Source: an uncultured candidate division Zixibacteria bacterium
GTDB lineage: Bacteria; Zixibacteria; MSB-5A5; GN15; PGXB01
Length of the DNA stretch: 64,000 nt
Assembly: GCA_963702205.1 (NCBI GenBank)
Contig: OY969724.1
Coordinates: 2,624,001-2,688,000 of the forward strand
Direction of reading: 5' to 3'
The stretch's first letter is position 1. Each line of letters begins with the position of its first letter. Under the pieces are notes generated by a model that was not told the DNA's origin, did not search any database, and saw only the letters and a list, made by a program, of their open reading frames with translations. Below are positions 28,417 through 38,904 of this stretch, piece by piece. A program made the position numbers and the translations under genes.

Positions 28417-31400
28417 TTATGTTACTTTTTTTGTTCCCTTGGTTGCACCATGACCGGCCGCCAGATTACGACACCGTCCGCGCACCTGATCGACAAAAGC
28501 CTCGATGCGGGTTTCTTCGCCACTGTCCTGCAGACCTTCGTAGCTTATATTCAGCCAGGGCAGGTTGTCCAGGTCGGTGGAAACCTTTCTCGACAGCGAT
28601 GAAACGATAGTCCCCGGCATACAGTTAAACGGCATGCTGTTGACTATACCCCCGGCGCCCTCATGCACGAGGTCGATGGCCTTGCCGATAGAGAGCACCG
28701 CTTCTCCCCGGACTGAAACGGGAAGGTACGGTTCAGCCAGACCGATAATTTTCGTGACCGAAGTTTCATGTGGGATAGAAAACTCATCACTGAACAGCTT
28801 TTCCAATTTTTGCTCGATGCGGTTCTGATATGTTCCCTGGATAAATCCGGACGCCCAGCTCTTCCATTCCCGGTTGTATTTGGCGTCGAGACGGAACGTA
28901 TATGAAGTATAATTAACCCACTCGGCAAATGAGGCCAATCGAACTTCCGCCCCCAGCAATTCCAGCTTGGTGATCAGGTGATTGTTCGAAAATCGATTGT
29001 TACGCAGGTATATCTCACCGACGACGCCGATGAGCGGTCGGTCCAAATGATCGAGCGGAATCCGCGCAAATTCCGCCCCGGCCTTGCGGGCCAGATCGTA
29101 CAGGTCCTGATCCTTGATAATATAATCCTGCATCAGGTTCAGATATTTATAGTAAACGCGCTCGGTCTGTCCGCTCTTGATTTCGTGCGGACGGCAGCGG
29201 AAAAGCATCTTTTGAAGGCAGTCGACAAAGACGATTCCGGTCCAGCCGATTTTGCGGAAGGTGGTATCATCGAGGTCGAAATCCGAATATGACGTATCCG
29301 AATTGGGCGAATAAATCGGGATTTCTTTGTATCCAAGCTCATCCAATATGATGCGATGATATTGGCTGTACTGCCCGAACCGGCACGGGCCGTTGGCCCC
29401 CGGCATGAAAAAGACGGCCTTGCCCGGATCGAAATTGTCGCTGTGCAGCTTTTTGATCATATCGCCGGTCGTCACGACGCACGGGAAACACTCTTTGCCC
29501 GACGTGAACTTTTTGCCGTACTGCAGACTCAGTTCATCCGGCTCGTCCATAACCTCGGCCATAACGCCGGACTTCCGGAACGCCGCCGCGACGGCATAGG
29601 CATGGTCGCACATATTGGGGATAAATATGGTCTTCTCCGACGGCGAAAAATGCCTCAATTTTGGCTTGTACTCCGTCACCGGCGGTTCGAACCTGTAAAA
29701 CCGCAGGGAATCGAGAAACGCCTCGACCCGGGTTATCATCCCGGCATCGGCCGAATGCTCGTCCAGTTCCAACTGCAGATACGGTTTGCCGGACATCTGA
29801 CGTCGGAAGAAATGGGTTATGAACGAATCCGGCCCGCAGCCGAACGACGACAGGTACACGGCGAACAGGCTGGGGTGCTCCCGAATAAGTTTGGCCGCGG
29901 CCAGGATCTTACGGCCATACAGCCAGTACATGGTATCGAGCTCCTCAGCCTGCAACTCCATCGGAAGAAAATCCATTGGGATGACTCTCAGGTCCATGTT
30001 CCGTATTTTGGACGGTATTTCCAGCGAAAGGCGGCGGTCGAAGCCGTTGTAGGGCCGGCTTATGATGACAATGCACTTTTCATCGGGCTTTAAATCATCG
30101 AGTATTCTCTGACCTTCTTCAATCAGACTCTGGCGGTACAGCGAATAGGCCCGGTTAGCCTTCGACAAGGCTTTTCCCACTTCCCGTTCACTTAAACCCA
30201 TAGTTTTGATAATACTGTGCAACTGATTGATCATCACAGCCTTATTTGAATCAATCCTGATCGGCTTGCCGAGGAATTTTATCCCGACCGCATCAAAGTC
30301 GAACTTCGTCGAGACCGTATTCGAGATGGATTGGACGTACGGACAAATATAGCTGCCCTGCTCATCCTGACGGCTCTGGGTGTATTTGATGATGCCCGGA
30401 AGGAATATATAATCGACTTTCTTGTTTATCAGATTGTCCACGTGCCCGAAAGCGATTTTAATCGGGAAACAGGTTTCCGCCTCGAATTTCTCCAGTGAAC
30501 TTTCGACTATCTCATGGTTGGACATATCGCTGGTTATGACCTCAAAACCGAGCGACTCGAAAAACGCCTTCCAGTACGGGAAAAATTCATAAAAATGCAG
30601 CACCCTCGGGACACCTACGCGGCCGCGAGGTTCCACGTCGACGTTGACGTCGATATAGCGACGCATGAGCTGGCGCATCCGGAAATTGAAGTGGTCCGGC
30701 ATTTTGACTTTGGCTTTGTCCTGCCGGACGTCATACTTTTCGCACCGGCTGCCGTAATACATCGGCTCCTCGCCTTCCACTTCGACCTTTCGGATATCGC
30801 ACATGTTGGAGCAGTCAGTGCAGGGGAACGTCGCTATTGTATACTTGCGCTTCGAGATATCAAAGCCTTTGAACTTGCTTCCGGCACCGGTATCCTTTTC
30901 CATAGCCAAAATCGCCGCCCCGATTGCCCCGGTGATATCGTGATGCGGCGGGACCGTAATCTTTTTTCCGGTGAGTTTTTCGAAGGCGGCGACGACGCCT
31001 TTATTCCAGGCTACACCGCCCTGGAAAAATATATTGTCGCCAATCTTGCGGTCACCGACCACTCGCGTCAAATAGTTTGAAGCTATCGAATAAGCCAGCC
31101 CGGCGATTAAGTCATCGGTTCCGGCCCCGGCCCTCTGATGCCCCACCAGATCGGATTCCATGAAGACGGTGCACCGTTCGCCGCAACCGACCGGACATTT
31201 GGCCGAAAGAGCCCGGTCACCGAACTCGCGCTCGATGTTTATTTCCAGCTTCTCGGCCTGCTCCTGCAGAAACGACCCGGTTCCGGCGGCACAGGCTTTG
31301 TTCATCTCAAAGTCGGTAACGGTCTTATTGTGAAGCGACACATATTTGGAATCCTGCCCGCCGATCTCGAAAATGGTATCGACACTCGGATCAATATTAA

Positions 31401-32628
31401 TGGCCGCCGTCGCCTGGGCGGTGATTTCGTTCTTGATGATATCGGCCCCGACGAAATCCCCGGTCAGGTAGCGCCCCGACCCGGTCGTCCCGACCCCGAC
31501 CACTTTGACTTTCTGGCCAACCTCTGCCCCGATTTCTGTCAACCCCCGGCGGATGGCTTCTATAGGACGACCTTCGGTCATCAGGTAGCGACGAGCCACG
31601 ACATTTTTATCGCGGTCGATCAGGACGACGTTGGTCGATAGCGAGCCGACGTCTATGCCGAGATAGACTTCGAGATTCTCAAGGCTATCACGGTAGCGCT
31701 GGCGGGTGATATAATAATACTTCGAGTCGGGATAATCGAAACTGAGGGCTTCCCGCGATCCTTTCGGAACGCCTCTATATCTTAGATAGCCGGTGATTTT
31801 TTCCGGGTCAATTTTGACGGCTTCTTCATCCGGTTGTGAAAAAGCCAGCTGAGCGGCGCCAATGGCCCCCATGACATTATAATGCTCCGGGATAACCAGC
31901 TCGCCCGAATTGAGTTCCAGGATATCGGTAAAGGCCCGGACAACGCCGGGATTGGCCGCCACGCCGCCTTCGAAGGCGATGGGCTTGATAAATTTCTTCC
32001 CGCGAGCGATAGCGCTTTTGAAATTGCGCGCGACGGCATAGCAAAGCCCGGCGACGATATCGTAGTCCGGCGTGGCTATCTGCTGGAGGTGAATCATGTC
32101 CGATTTGGCAAAAACCGAGCAGCGCCCGGCGATACGCGGCGGATTGGGCGATTTGAGAGCCATTTTGCCGAATTCGTCTTCGATGGATATTTTCAGCCTC
32201 CCGGCCTGTTGGTCGAGGAAGGAGCCGGTCCCGGCGGCACATAGGTTATTCATGCCAAAATCGAGGACCGTTTTTTGTTCGATATCAAGCGAGAGAAACT
32301 TGGAGTCCTCTCCCCCCATCTCGATGACGGTTTTGACTTCAGAAGCCGTCAGGAAGTTGGCTGCGGCCAGCGATGGAATTTCACCGAAAAACTTGCCGCC
32401 CAGAATATTGCTGCCGGTTCGGCCGCCGATTCCCGTAAAACCGATTTTGATCGGTCGACGGGTAAATTCCCTGAAATCACTTAATAAAACAGACCTGAGG
32501 GTTTGGTACGGTCTTCCATGAAAGCGCCGGTATAACGTCCGAACCACTTCGCCGGATTTATTCACAGCGGCCAGCTTGACCGAAACTGAGCCGATATCAA
32601 TCCCTAATGTCAAATTACTGAAATCCAT
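28417..32628 (-). CDS. CoA-substrate-specific enzyme activase fusion (two BadF/BadG/BcrA/BcrD ATPase domains plus DUF2229/dehydratase-like C-half)
   Basis: Two copies of GID[IV]GS, E[MI]GG[EQ]DSK, MNxxCAAGTGSFL and RC[ST]VF; ETCFP, FGCGPDS, GPCRFGQY, PFNCMP. Start set at ATG 32628. Confidence 0.92.
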   Translation of the reverse strand: MDFSNLTLGIDIGSVSVKLAAVNKSGEVVRTLYRRFHGRPYQTLRSVLLSDFREFTRRPIKIGFTGIGGRTGSNILGGKFFGEIPSLAAANFLTASEVKTVIEMGGEDSKFLSLDIEQKTVLDFGMNNLCAAGTGSFLDQQAGRLKISIEDEFGKMALKSPNPPRIAGRCSVFAKSDMIHLQQIATPDYDIVAGLCYAVARNFKSAIARGKKFIKPIAFEGGVAANPGVVRAFTDILELNSGELVIPEHYNVMGAIGAAQLAFSQPDEEAVKIDPEKITGYLRYRGVPKGSREALSFDYPDSKYYYITRQRYRDSLENLEVYLGIDVGSLSTNVVLIDRDKNVVARRYLMTEGRPIEAIRRGLTEIGAEVGQKVKVVGVGTTGSGRYLTGDFVGADIIKNEITAQATAAINIDPSVDTIFEIGGQDSKYVSLHNKTVTDFEMNKACAAGTGSFLQEQAEKLEINIEREFGDRALSAKCPVGCGERCTVFMESDLVGHQRAGAGTDDLIAGLAYSIASNYLTRVVGDRKIGDNIFFQGGVAWNKGVVAAFEKLTGKKITVPPHHDITGAIGAAILAMEKDTGAGSKFKGFDISKRKYTIATFPCTDCSNMCDIRKVEVEGEEPMYYGSRCEKYDVRQDKAKVKMPDHFNFRMRQLMRRYIDVNVDVEPRGRVGVPRVLHFYEFFPYWKAFFESLGFEVITSDMSNHEIVESSLEKFEAETCFPIKIAFGHVDNLINKKVDYIFLPGIIKYTQSRQDEQGSYICPYVQSISNTVSTKFDFDAVGIKFLGKPIRIDSNKAVMINQLHSIIKTMGLSEREVGKALSKANRAYSLYRQSLIEEGQRILDDLKPDEKCIVIISRPYNGFDRRLSLEIPSKIRNMDLRVIPMDFLPMELQAEELDTMYWLYGRKILAAAKLIREHPSLFAVYLSSFGCGPDSFITHFFRRQMSGKPYLQLELDEHSADAGMITRVEAFLDSLRFYRFEPPVTEYKPKLRHFSPSEKTIFIPNMCDHAYAVAAAFRKSGVMAEVMDEPDELSLQYGKKFTSGKECFPCVVTTGDMIKKLHSDNFDPGKAVFFMPGANGPCRFGQYSQYHRIILDELGYKEIPIYSPNSDTSYSDFDLDDTTFRKIGWTGIVFVDCLQKMLFRCRPHEIKSGQTERVYYKYLNLMQDYIIKDQDLYDLARKAGAEFARIPLDHLDRPLIGVVGEIYLRNNRFSNNHLITKLELLGAEVRLASFAEWVNYTSYTFRLDAKYNREWKSWASGFIQGTYQNRIEQKLEKLFSDEFSIPHETSVTKIIGLAEPYLPVSVRGEAVLSIGKAIDLVHEGAGGIVNSMPFNCMPGTIVSSLSRKVSTDLDNLPWLNISYEGLQDSGEETRIEAFVDQVRGRCRNLAAGHGATKGTKKVT

Positions 32629-32737
32629 TTCCACCCCTTGACGTAACTCGTGCATTGATAATAACAGTTGAGAATTATAGGCGCAATTATAATTGTTTGA
32701 GATTATACGGAGGATTGCTATATTCGGCTTTGTTGTT

Positions 32738-33205
32738 ATGCGGATTTTATTGCAAAGAGTGTCTCGGGCGTCCGTAGAGGTTGACAATCAGACGGTCGGT
32801 GAAATCGGCCGGGGATTATTGATTTTCTGCGGGTTCGGCAAAGGTGACAGCGAGGAATGGGTCTCGCGGATGGCGGAAAAATGCCTGGGCCTCAGAATCT
32901 TCGAGGATGACGACGGCAAGATGAATTTATCCATTGAGGATATTCAGGGGGAGCTTCTGGTCGTCTCTCAGTTTACACTTTACGCCAACGTCCGCAAAGG
33001 CCGGCGTCCGGCTTTCGAAAAAAGTATGCCGCCGGAAAAGGCCGAACAGCTGTATGAATTATTGAAGACGGAATTTAACAAATCCGGGCTAAAAGTGGCC
33101 GGGGGCATTTTCGCCGCCAAAATGGAAGTGTCGCTGGTCAATGATGGTCCGGTTACGATATGGCTCGATGACAAAGAATTACAGCAACCTCGCCACTCTG
33201 CTTGA
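32738..33205 (+). CDS. dtd: D-aminoacyl-tRNA deacylase
   Basis: MRILLQRV, LRIFED, VSQFTL, KGRRP, NDGPVT. Confidence 0.97.
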   Translation: MRILLQRVSRASVEVDNQTVGEIGRGLLIFCGFGKGDSEEWVSRMAEKCLGLRIFEDDDGKMNLSIEDIQGELLVVSQFTLYANVRKGRRPAFEKSMPPEKAEQLYELLKTEFNKSGLKVAGGIFAAKMEVSLVNDGPVTIWLDDKELQQPRHSA

Positions 33206-33779
33206 CCGATACGATCTCGTGCTGGCCTCCGGGTCGCCGAGACGCTTCAGGATTCTCACAGAGGCCGGAATCACCTTTCGGCAGATTATCCCCAATATCG
33301 ACGAAAATGGCGGGCCGGAAATACCGCCGGAACAGCTGGCCGAACAGCTCGCCCGCAAAAAGGCCGAAGCGGTCAGGAAGGAAACGGACGAACGCGAAGT
33401 AATTCTCGGTTGTGACACGATCGTCGTGCTCGATAATGCTATATTGGGCAAGCCGGAATCCAAAGAACACGCATTCGAGATTTTGTCCCTTTTATCGGGC
33501 CGGAAGCACACCGTCTGCTCGGCAGTGGCTTTTGTAAAGCCCGATGGCCGGACTATTTCCGGTTATGAACAAACCGACGTATTTTTCAATGCCGTAACGG
33601 ATGATGAGATCAGGCAATATATAGAAACCGGTGAACCGCTCGACAAGGCCGGAGCCTACGGAATACAGGGCTTCGGAGCTTTTTTAGTTGACACGTACAA
33701 GGGCAACTTAGATAATATAATCGGCCTGCCCATGACGCTTGTTAACGACCTGGCGGGCAAATTATTAACAGGAAAATAG
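33168..33779 (+). CDS. maf: Maf-family nucleotide pyrophosphatase
   Basis: LASGSPRR, GCDTIV, LGKP, DKAGAYGIQG, IIGLP. Confidence 0.96.
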   Translation: MTKNYSNLATLLDRYDLVLASGSPRRFRILTEAGITFRQIIPNIDENGGPEIPPEQLAEQLARKKAEAVRKETDEREVILGCDTIVVLDNAILGKPESKEHAFEILSLLSGRKHTVCSAVAFVKPDGRTISGYEQTDVFFNAVTDDEIRQYIETGEPLDKAGAYGIQGFGAFLVDTYKGNLDNIIGLPMTLVNDLAGKLLTGK

Positions 33780-33780
33780 T

Positions 33781-34647
33781 ATGTCCGAAGCGCATAAGAA
33801 AATCGGAGAAAAACTAAAGGCCCGACGGGAAAAGCTGGGCCTGTCCCTGGAAGATATTTCCGAGGACATCAAGACTTCAATCGAATATCTTCAGGCTATC
33901 GAAAACGGTGAAATCGCATCCTTTCCGTCAAACGTGTACTACGACATGTTCGCGCGCTCGTACGCCAAGGAAATGGATATGAATACCGATGAGCTTTTCG
34001 AAGAATTGAAAATGACCGAAGAGCCGGAGACCGAACCGGAGCCATCGGCTAAATCATCGCCAAAGCAAAGCCAAAGGGGAGATAAAAAAGAAGACAAGAA
34101 AAAAGGCGGGGGCTTTTCATTTATCAAACTGTCGGCCTGGCTGGGCGGAATAATCATCCTGATATTTATCGTGATTGTAGTCTGGTCGGTAATGGGAAAT
34201 AAATCGCAGGAACCGTCGGCAGTGCAATCATCAGAAAACACGGTGACAGAAAATCAGGGTGAAGCGGCTCCTCCCTCCCAGGAGTCATCGGCACCCGCAG
34301 AGGATTCAACGCTGCAAGAGGTCAAAATTGATATGCCGGAGTACGAACCGGTTAAGAAGATGAACCTTCAGGTTGTAACCAGAGATTCCTGCTGGGTGAT
34401 GGTTCTTGCCGACGGCGACACCGTGCTCAACCGAAACCTGCCGGGCGGGGCGGTCCGTACTCTGGACGCCGATTATCGTTTCCTGATTTCCGCGGGCAAT
34501 CCGAACGTGCTCGATTTGCGGCTCGACGGTCAGCTGCTAAAGCCACTATCCCAGAACGGACGTCCGTACCGGGATCGGGAAATCAACCAGATGAATAAGA
34601 AAAACTATCTGGCGGAGCCGGAAGGAAGCAAGAGTGAAACGCCTTAA
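33781..34647 (+). CDS. rodZ: RodZ-like protein (HTH, TM, DUF4115)
   Basis: IGEKLKARRE...LQAIENG...FARSYA; single TM; C-terminal CWVMVLADG...GNP; follows maf. Confidence 0.85.
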   Translation: MSEAHKKIGEKLKARREKLGLSLEDISEDIKTSIEYLQAIENGEIASFPSNVYYDMFARSYAKEMDMNTDELFEELKMTEEPETEPEPSAKSSPKQSQRGDKKEDKKKGGGFSFIKLSAWLGGIIILIFIVIVVWSVMGNKSQEPSAVQSSENTVTENQGEAAPPSQESSAPAEDSTLQEVKIDMPEYEPVKKMNLQVVTRDSCWVMVLADGDTVLNRNLPGGAVRTLDADYRFLISAGNPNVLDLRLDGQLLKPLSQNGRPYRDREINQMNKKNYLAEPEGSKSETP

Positions 34648-35200
34648 AAAAATCCTGGCCCGCTTCAAACTGACTGTCCTGTGTAAACGGCAGGAACAGG
34701 GGGCGATAACGATTCCGGACGATATTGTTAACGCCCGGCACGTCCTGGTGCTGCTTCCCCCCGGACAGCGCGAGCTGACCATGATAAAAAGCCTTCTGCC
34801 CGACATTACCCGAGTATTTTCCGGGTCAGAAATTTACATACTGGCATCGCCCGGCTCGACCGTCTATAATATTTTCCCGCGCAAGGGCTATCGGATTATG
34901 ACACCGACCTCACAGCATCTGGACTGGTCCGGACTTCCTAAACGAAGCTATATTAAAACGCTCGAAGAAACGAAGTTCGATGTCATAATCGACCTGAATC
35001 TGGGCGTCAATTATTTTTCCCAGGCAATATTGCTCTCTTTCGGCAAGGCCTTAAAAATTGGCCGAGGCAATCACCTGGGAACGCCATACTATAACCTTGA
35101 GATCAAATCCCGATATATCCGGGACGAAAAGAACATATACAAATCGATTATTACTACCATTGATCGAATCAAGAATCCGGCGGCGATTGAAGCCGGATAA
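34634..35200 (+). CDS. Hypothetical protein resembling a glycosyltransferase-9 N-terminal domain
   Basis: FDVIIDLN...KIG pattern; overlaps the rodZ stop, in an operon with smc. Confidence 0.6.
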   Translation: MKRLKKILARFKLTVLCKRQEQGAITIPDDIVNARHVLVLLPPGQRELTMIKSLLPDITRVFSGSEIYILASPGSTVYNIFPRKGYRIMTPTSQHLDWSGLPKRSYIKTLEETKFDVIIDLNLGVNYFSQAILLSFGKALKIGRGNHLGTPYYNLEIKSRYIRDEKNIYKSIITTIDRIKNPAAIEAG

Positions 35201-35221
35201 GACAAATACATCGGAGGTATT

Positions 35222-38200
35222 GTGTACTTAAAAAGACTGGAATTACTCGGTTTTAAATCTTTTCCCGAAAAAACGGTTATCAAACTGACTCCGGGTGTGA
35301 CGGCAGTGGTCGGGCCGAACGGATGCGGCAAAAGTAATATTCTTGATGCCATACGCTGGGTGCTCGGAGAACAGAGGGTTTCCCTGCTGCGCGGCACTAA
35401 AATGGAAGAGATTATATTCAATGGCACGCGCGACCTGAAACCGCTCGGGATGGCCGAGATTACGCTGGTCATACAAAACAACCGGGGGATTCTCCCGACC
35501 GAATACGGCGAAGTCCAGATCACCCGGAGGTTGTTCCGTTCGGGCGAATCGGAATATCTTCTGAACAAAGTCCCCTGCCGCCTTAAAGACATCACCGAAC
35601 TTTTGATGGATACCGGAATAGGGGCACATATATATTCGATGATTCAGCAGGATATGGTCGATGCCATACTGTCGGACCGTACCGATGACCGCCGCTTCCT
35701 GTTCGAAGAGGCCGCCGGCATTTCAAAATATAAAAGCCGCAAAAAAGCGGCCCTCAGGAAACTCGAGTCGACCGAGCAGGATCTGCTGCGCCTTCAGGAT
35801 ATTGTCTCTGAAGTCACCACGCAGGTTAATTCGCTTAGAAGGCAGATGAAGAAGGCTGAACACTATCAGGAACTTTCGATCGAGCTTCGCGGCTGGGAGC
35901 TGTACATCAACCGCACCGCCGTAGATAATCTAAAAAACGAACGGCGCGAGCTTCAAACCAGGCGGGATAGTCTCCTTGACGCCAGGACAAAATTCGATAC
36001 GGAGATAGACACATTATCCTCGGTTCAGGAAGAAGATCGCAACCGGCTGATCGAACTCGACCATAATCTTACGGAAATCTCCAACGGCATCTATGAAAAG
36101 ACGGAAGCTGCGCATCGGATAGAAACGGAAATATCTCTGACTCAGGAAAAGAAAGAAAACTCCAGACGGCTGCTTGAAAAAAACCTGCTCGACCTCGATG
36201 CTTTCGCGAAGCGTAAAGAATTGCTCGATGAACAAATAAACGAGCTCGATGAAGAACTGCGGAAACTCGAAGAACTACTCGACGGCTCGCAGGGCGAAAT
36301 AACCGCCAGCGAAGCGGTTTTGGCCGAAGTCGATGAAAAGGTCCTGGCCGCGCGAAAAGAGCACGAGCGTTTGAATCGCCGTCTGCTCGAGCTCGAAGGC
36401 TTGCTCTCCGCGGGCAAATCCGACGACACCAATATGAAAGCGCGGGATTCGGAACTCACCGCCAAACTGTCGGAATACACCGGAAATCTCGAAAAGCTGA
36501 ACGCCCGCCGTCAGGACTTGCAGGCAAAGCAGAATGTGTTTCGGGGTAACATCAGCCGCCTCGACGAAAGCCACCGCGCCTTCAATAATAAAAAATCCGA
36601 ACTCGACGAACAGATTGCATCGTGCAACGGGCAAATCGAAGAATTATCCGATAAATCATACAATCTATCATCCTCGATCGAAGCCGCCGAGGCGCGCCGT
36701 CAGCTCTTGAGCGAAATGATCACTCATTATGAAGGCTATAGCGGCGGGGCGGTATCGGTTCTCGAAAACACCGAACGCTGGCCGGGGATTGTCGGCACGG
36801 TGGCCGATAATTTTAAACCACGTGAAGGGTATGACAAGGCCATTGAAGCGGCCCTGGGCGAAATCGCCGGTTTCATCATTTGCAAAGACAGGAATACCGC
36901 CAACGAAGCGATAGAATATCTTCGTTCCGAAAGCAAAGGTAAGGCGGGCTTCATAATTCTCGATACGGCACAAGGCAACTCCGAAGTCTCACGGCCGGAA
37001 ATGAACGAAGAGGGATTTCTGGGCTGGGCCGATAATTTTGTCGAATCCGATGACGTCGCGCGGCCCCTGCTTTCGCTCCTGCTTTCACGAGTGGCTCTTG
37101 CAAAACCCGAAGCCGCCGCCGGCATGGCCGACCGTCTTCCCCCTTATTTCGAAGTTGTAGGCACCGATGGTCGTCTGTATCGAAGCCAGTCAATCGTATC
37201 CGGCGGTTCGACGGAAGGCATTTCTTTGTTCGGCCGCAAAGAAAAGGTCGATCAACAGGCTCAGGAAATCACACGGTTAAAATCTGAACTGGAACGGGTC
37301 CGCAATCAGAAAAACCAATTGACCGCACAGTTGGGTTCACTTCAATCGGAACGTTCTGAAATAGTCGAACAGCTGGAATCATTGGCCGAGGAACTCGCAG
37401 ACGTCAATAACCAAAGATCCACCAACGAATTCGAGCTTCAGACCTGTACCAATGATATCAGCCGCATCGAAAACGAACGTCGGCTGGCATCGGAGAAACT
37501 CGAAGCGCTCAAGACTCGTCAGTACACCCTGAATCTCAGCCACGATCAGCTTTTGCATGAAAAGGAAGAGTTGATTCGAAAGCTGGAGCAGCAGCAGGCG
37601 ATTATTGCCGACCTCGAAAAGGAATCCGAAAATTCCGCCGATGAGGTTTCGAAAAGGCAAATCGCGCAGGTAGAATTAAAAAGTAAAAAAGAACAGGTGG
37701 AAAGCCAGACGCGCCACACGCGCGAATTGATATACGAGATCGACCGCAACACGACCACCAGGACCGAAGAAAACGTCGCCGCGGAAGTCGAAATAAATCG
37801 ATCCAGAGAAAATATGGTCGTGCTGGAAGTCCAACTCAAAGAAATATTCGATGCGCGTTCCGGCCTCAACGAAAAACAGGTCCAGCTTCGCGGCACCCAC
37901 GCCGAACTTCAGGAGGTCCTGTCCCGGAGGGAAAAGGAAATTAAATCCAGCCGCATCCAGCGCGAGGATTCCTCCCGTGACCTGCACAACATTGAACTGA
38001 GGCTGACCGAAATAGATTCGGAAATCAGAAACATCGTGCAAAAAATAACCGACGAGTACGAACTGGATATCACGGAAATCGAAGTCAGTCTCCCCAGTGA
38101 CGCAGTACCACCGGAAGAACGTCGGTCCCACATGCAGGACCTCAAGGAAAAGATGAAATCGATGGGAGCGGTAAATCTGCTCGCCCTCGAAGAATTCCGG

Positions 38201-38896
38201 ACGTCGCAGGAACGCCAGGAATTTTTGAGCGGTCAGATCGACGACCTGATCAACGCCAAGAACACGCTGCAATCAACGATCACCAAGATCAACACCACCG
38301 CCAAAAGGCTTTTCACGGAAACTTTCGAGCAGGTGCGGGAAAACTTCCAGAAGGTATTCGAAGAGTTGTTCACCGGCGGGCAATCCGATATACGCCTGAT
38401 CAACGAGGACGATCCTCTGGAATCACCGATTGAAATTATCGCGCGGCCCCGGGGCAAGAAATTATTGTCGATTACACAGATGTCCGGCGGCGAGCGGGCC
38501 TTGACCGCCATTTCGCTGCTTTTCGCGATCTACCTGGTTAAACCATCGCCGTTTTGCATTCTCGATGAAATCGACGCCCCGCTCGACGATGCCAACATTC
38601 ACCGCTTCCTGAAGCTGATTAAAACTTTTTCGGACCAGACGCAGTTCATCATTATTACGCACAACAAGATCACTATGGAAGCATCGGACAATATGTATGG
38701 AATCACCATGGAACAGCCGGGGATTTCCAAGGTCGTTTCAGTGCGTTTCCAGGAGGAGCCGCAAAATGGTAATCTGATCGACACATCCCTGGCCCGCGAC
38801 GATTACGAAGAAGATGTCGAAATCCCCGAAGCCGTCCGCCAGCGCATGGAACCGCAGGTCAAAATAGACGAGCCCAGCAACGTGGAATCGGAATAG
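35222..38896 (+). CDS. smc: Chromosome segregation protein SMC
   Basis: GFKSF, GPNGCGKSN, FEEAAG, hinge, coiled coils, MSGGE, ILDEIDAPLD, IITH. Confidence 0.99.
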   Translation: MYLKRLELLGFKSFPEKTVIKLTPGVTAVVGPNGCGKSNILDAIRWVLGEQRVSLLRGTKMEEIIFNGTRDLKPLGMAEITLVIQNNRGILPTEYGEVQITRRLFRSGESEYLLNKVPCRLKDITELLMDTGIGAHIYSMIQQDMVDAILSDRTDDRRFLFEEAAGISKYKSRKKAALRKLESTEQDLLRLQDIVSEVTTQVNSLRRQMKKAEHYQELSIELRGWELYINRTAVDNLKNERRELQTRRDSLLDARTKFDTEIDTLSSVQEEDRNRLIELDHNLTEISNGIYEKTEAAHRIETEISLTQEKKENSRRLLEKNLLDLDAFAKRKELLDEQINELDEELRKLEELLDGSQGEITASEAVLAEVDEKVLAARKEHERLNRRLLELEGLLSAGKSDDTNMKARDSELTAKLSEYTGNLEKLNARRQDLQAKQNVFRGNISRLDESHRAFNNKKSELDEQIASCNGQIEELSDKSYNLSSSIEAAEARRQLLSEMITHYEGYSGGAVSVLENTERWPGIVGTVADNFKPREGYDKAIEAALGEIAGFIICKDRNTANEAIEYLRSESKGKAGFIILDTAQGNSEVSRPEMNEEGFLGWADNFVESDDVARPLLSLLLSRVALAKPEAAAGMADRLPPYFEVVGTDGRLYRSQSIVSGGSTEGISLFGRKEKVDQQAQEITRLKSELERVRNQKNQLTAQLGSLQSERSEIVEQLESLAEELADVNNQRSTNEFELQTCTNDISRIENERRLASEKLEALKTRQYTLNLSHDQLLHEKEELIRKLEQQQAIIADLEKESENSADEVSKRQIAQVELKSKKEQVESQTRHTRELIYEIDRNTTTRTEENVAAEVEINRSRENMVVLEVQLKEIFDARSGLNEKQVQLRGTHAELQEVLSRREKEIKSSRIQREDSSRDLHNIELRLTEIDSEIRNIVQKITDEYELDITEIEVSLPSDAVPPEERRSHMQDLKEKMKSMGAVNLLALEEFRTSQERQEFLSGQIDDLINAKNTLQSTITKINTTAKRLFTETFEQVRENFQKVFEELFTGGQSDIRLINEDDPLESPIEIIARPRGKKLLSITQMSGGERALTAISLLFAIYLVKPSPFCILDEIDAPLDDANIHRFLKLIKTFSDQTQFIIITHNKITMEASDNMYGITMEQPGISKVVSVRFQEEPQNGNLIDTSLARDDYEEDVEIPEAVRQRMEPQVKIDEPSNVESE

Positions 38897-38904
38897 ACGC
38901 GACC

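Noticed and set aside
32629..32787. N-terminal extensions of the activase and dtd ORFs that overlap head to head
   Set aside because: Homology starts at Met 32628 and Met 32738; the interval is a divergent promoter region
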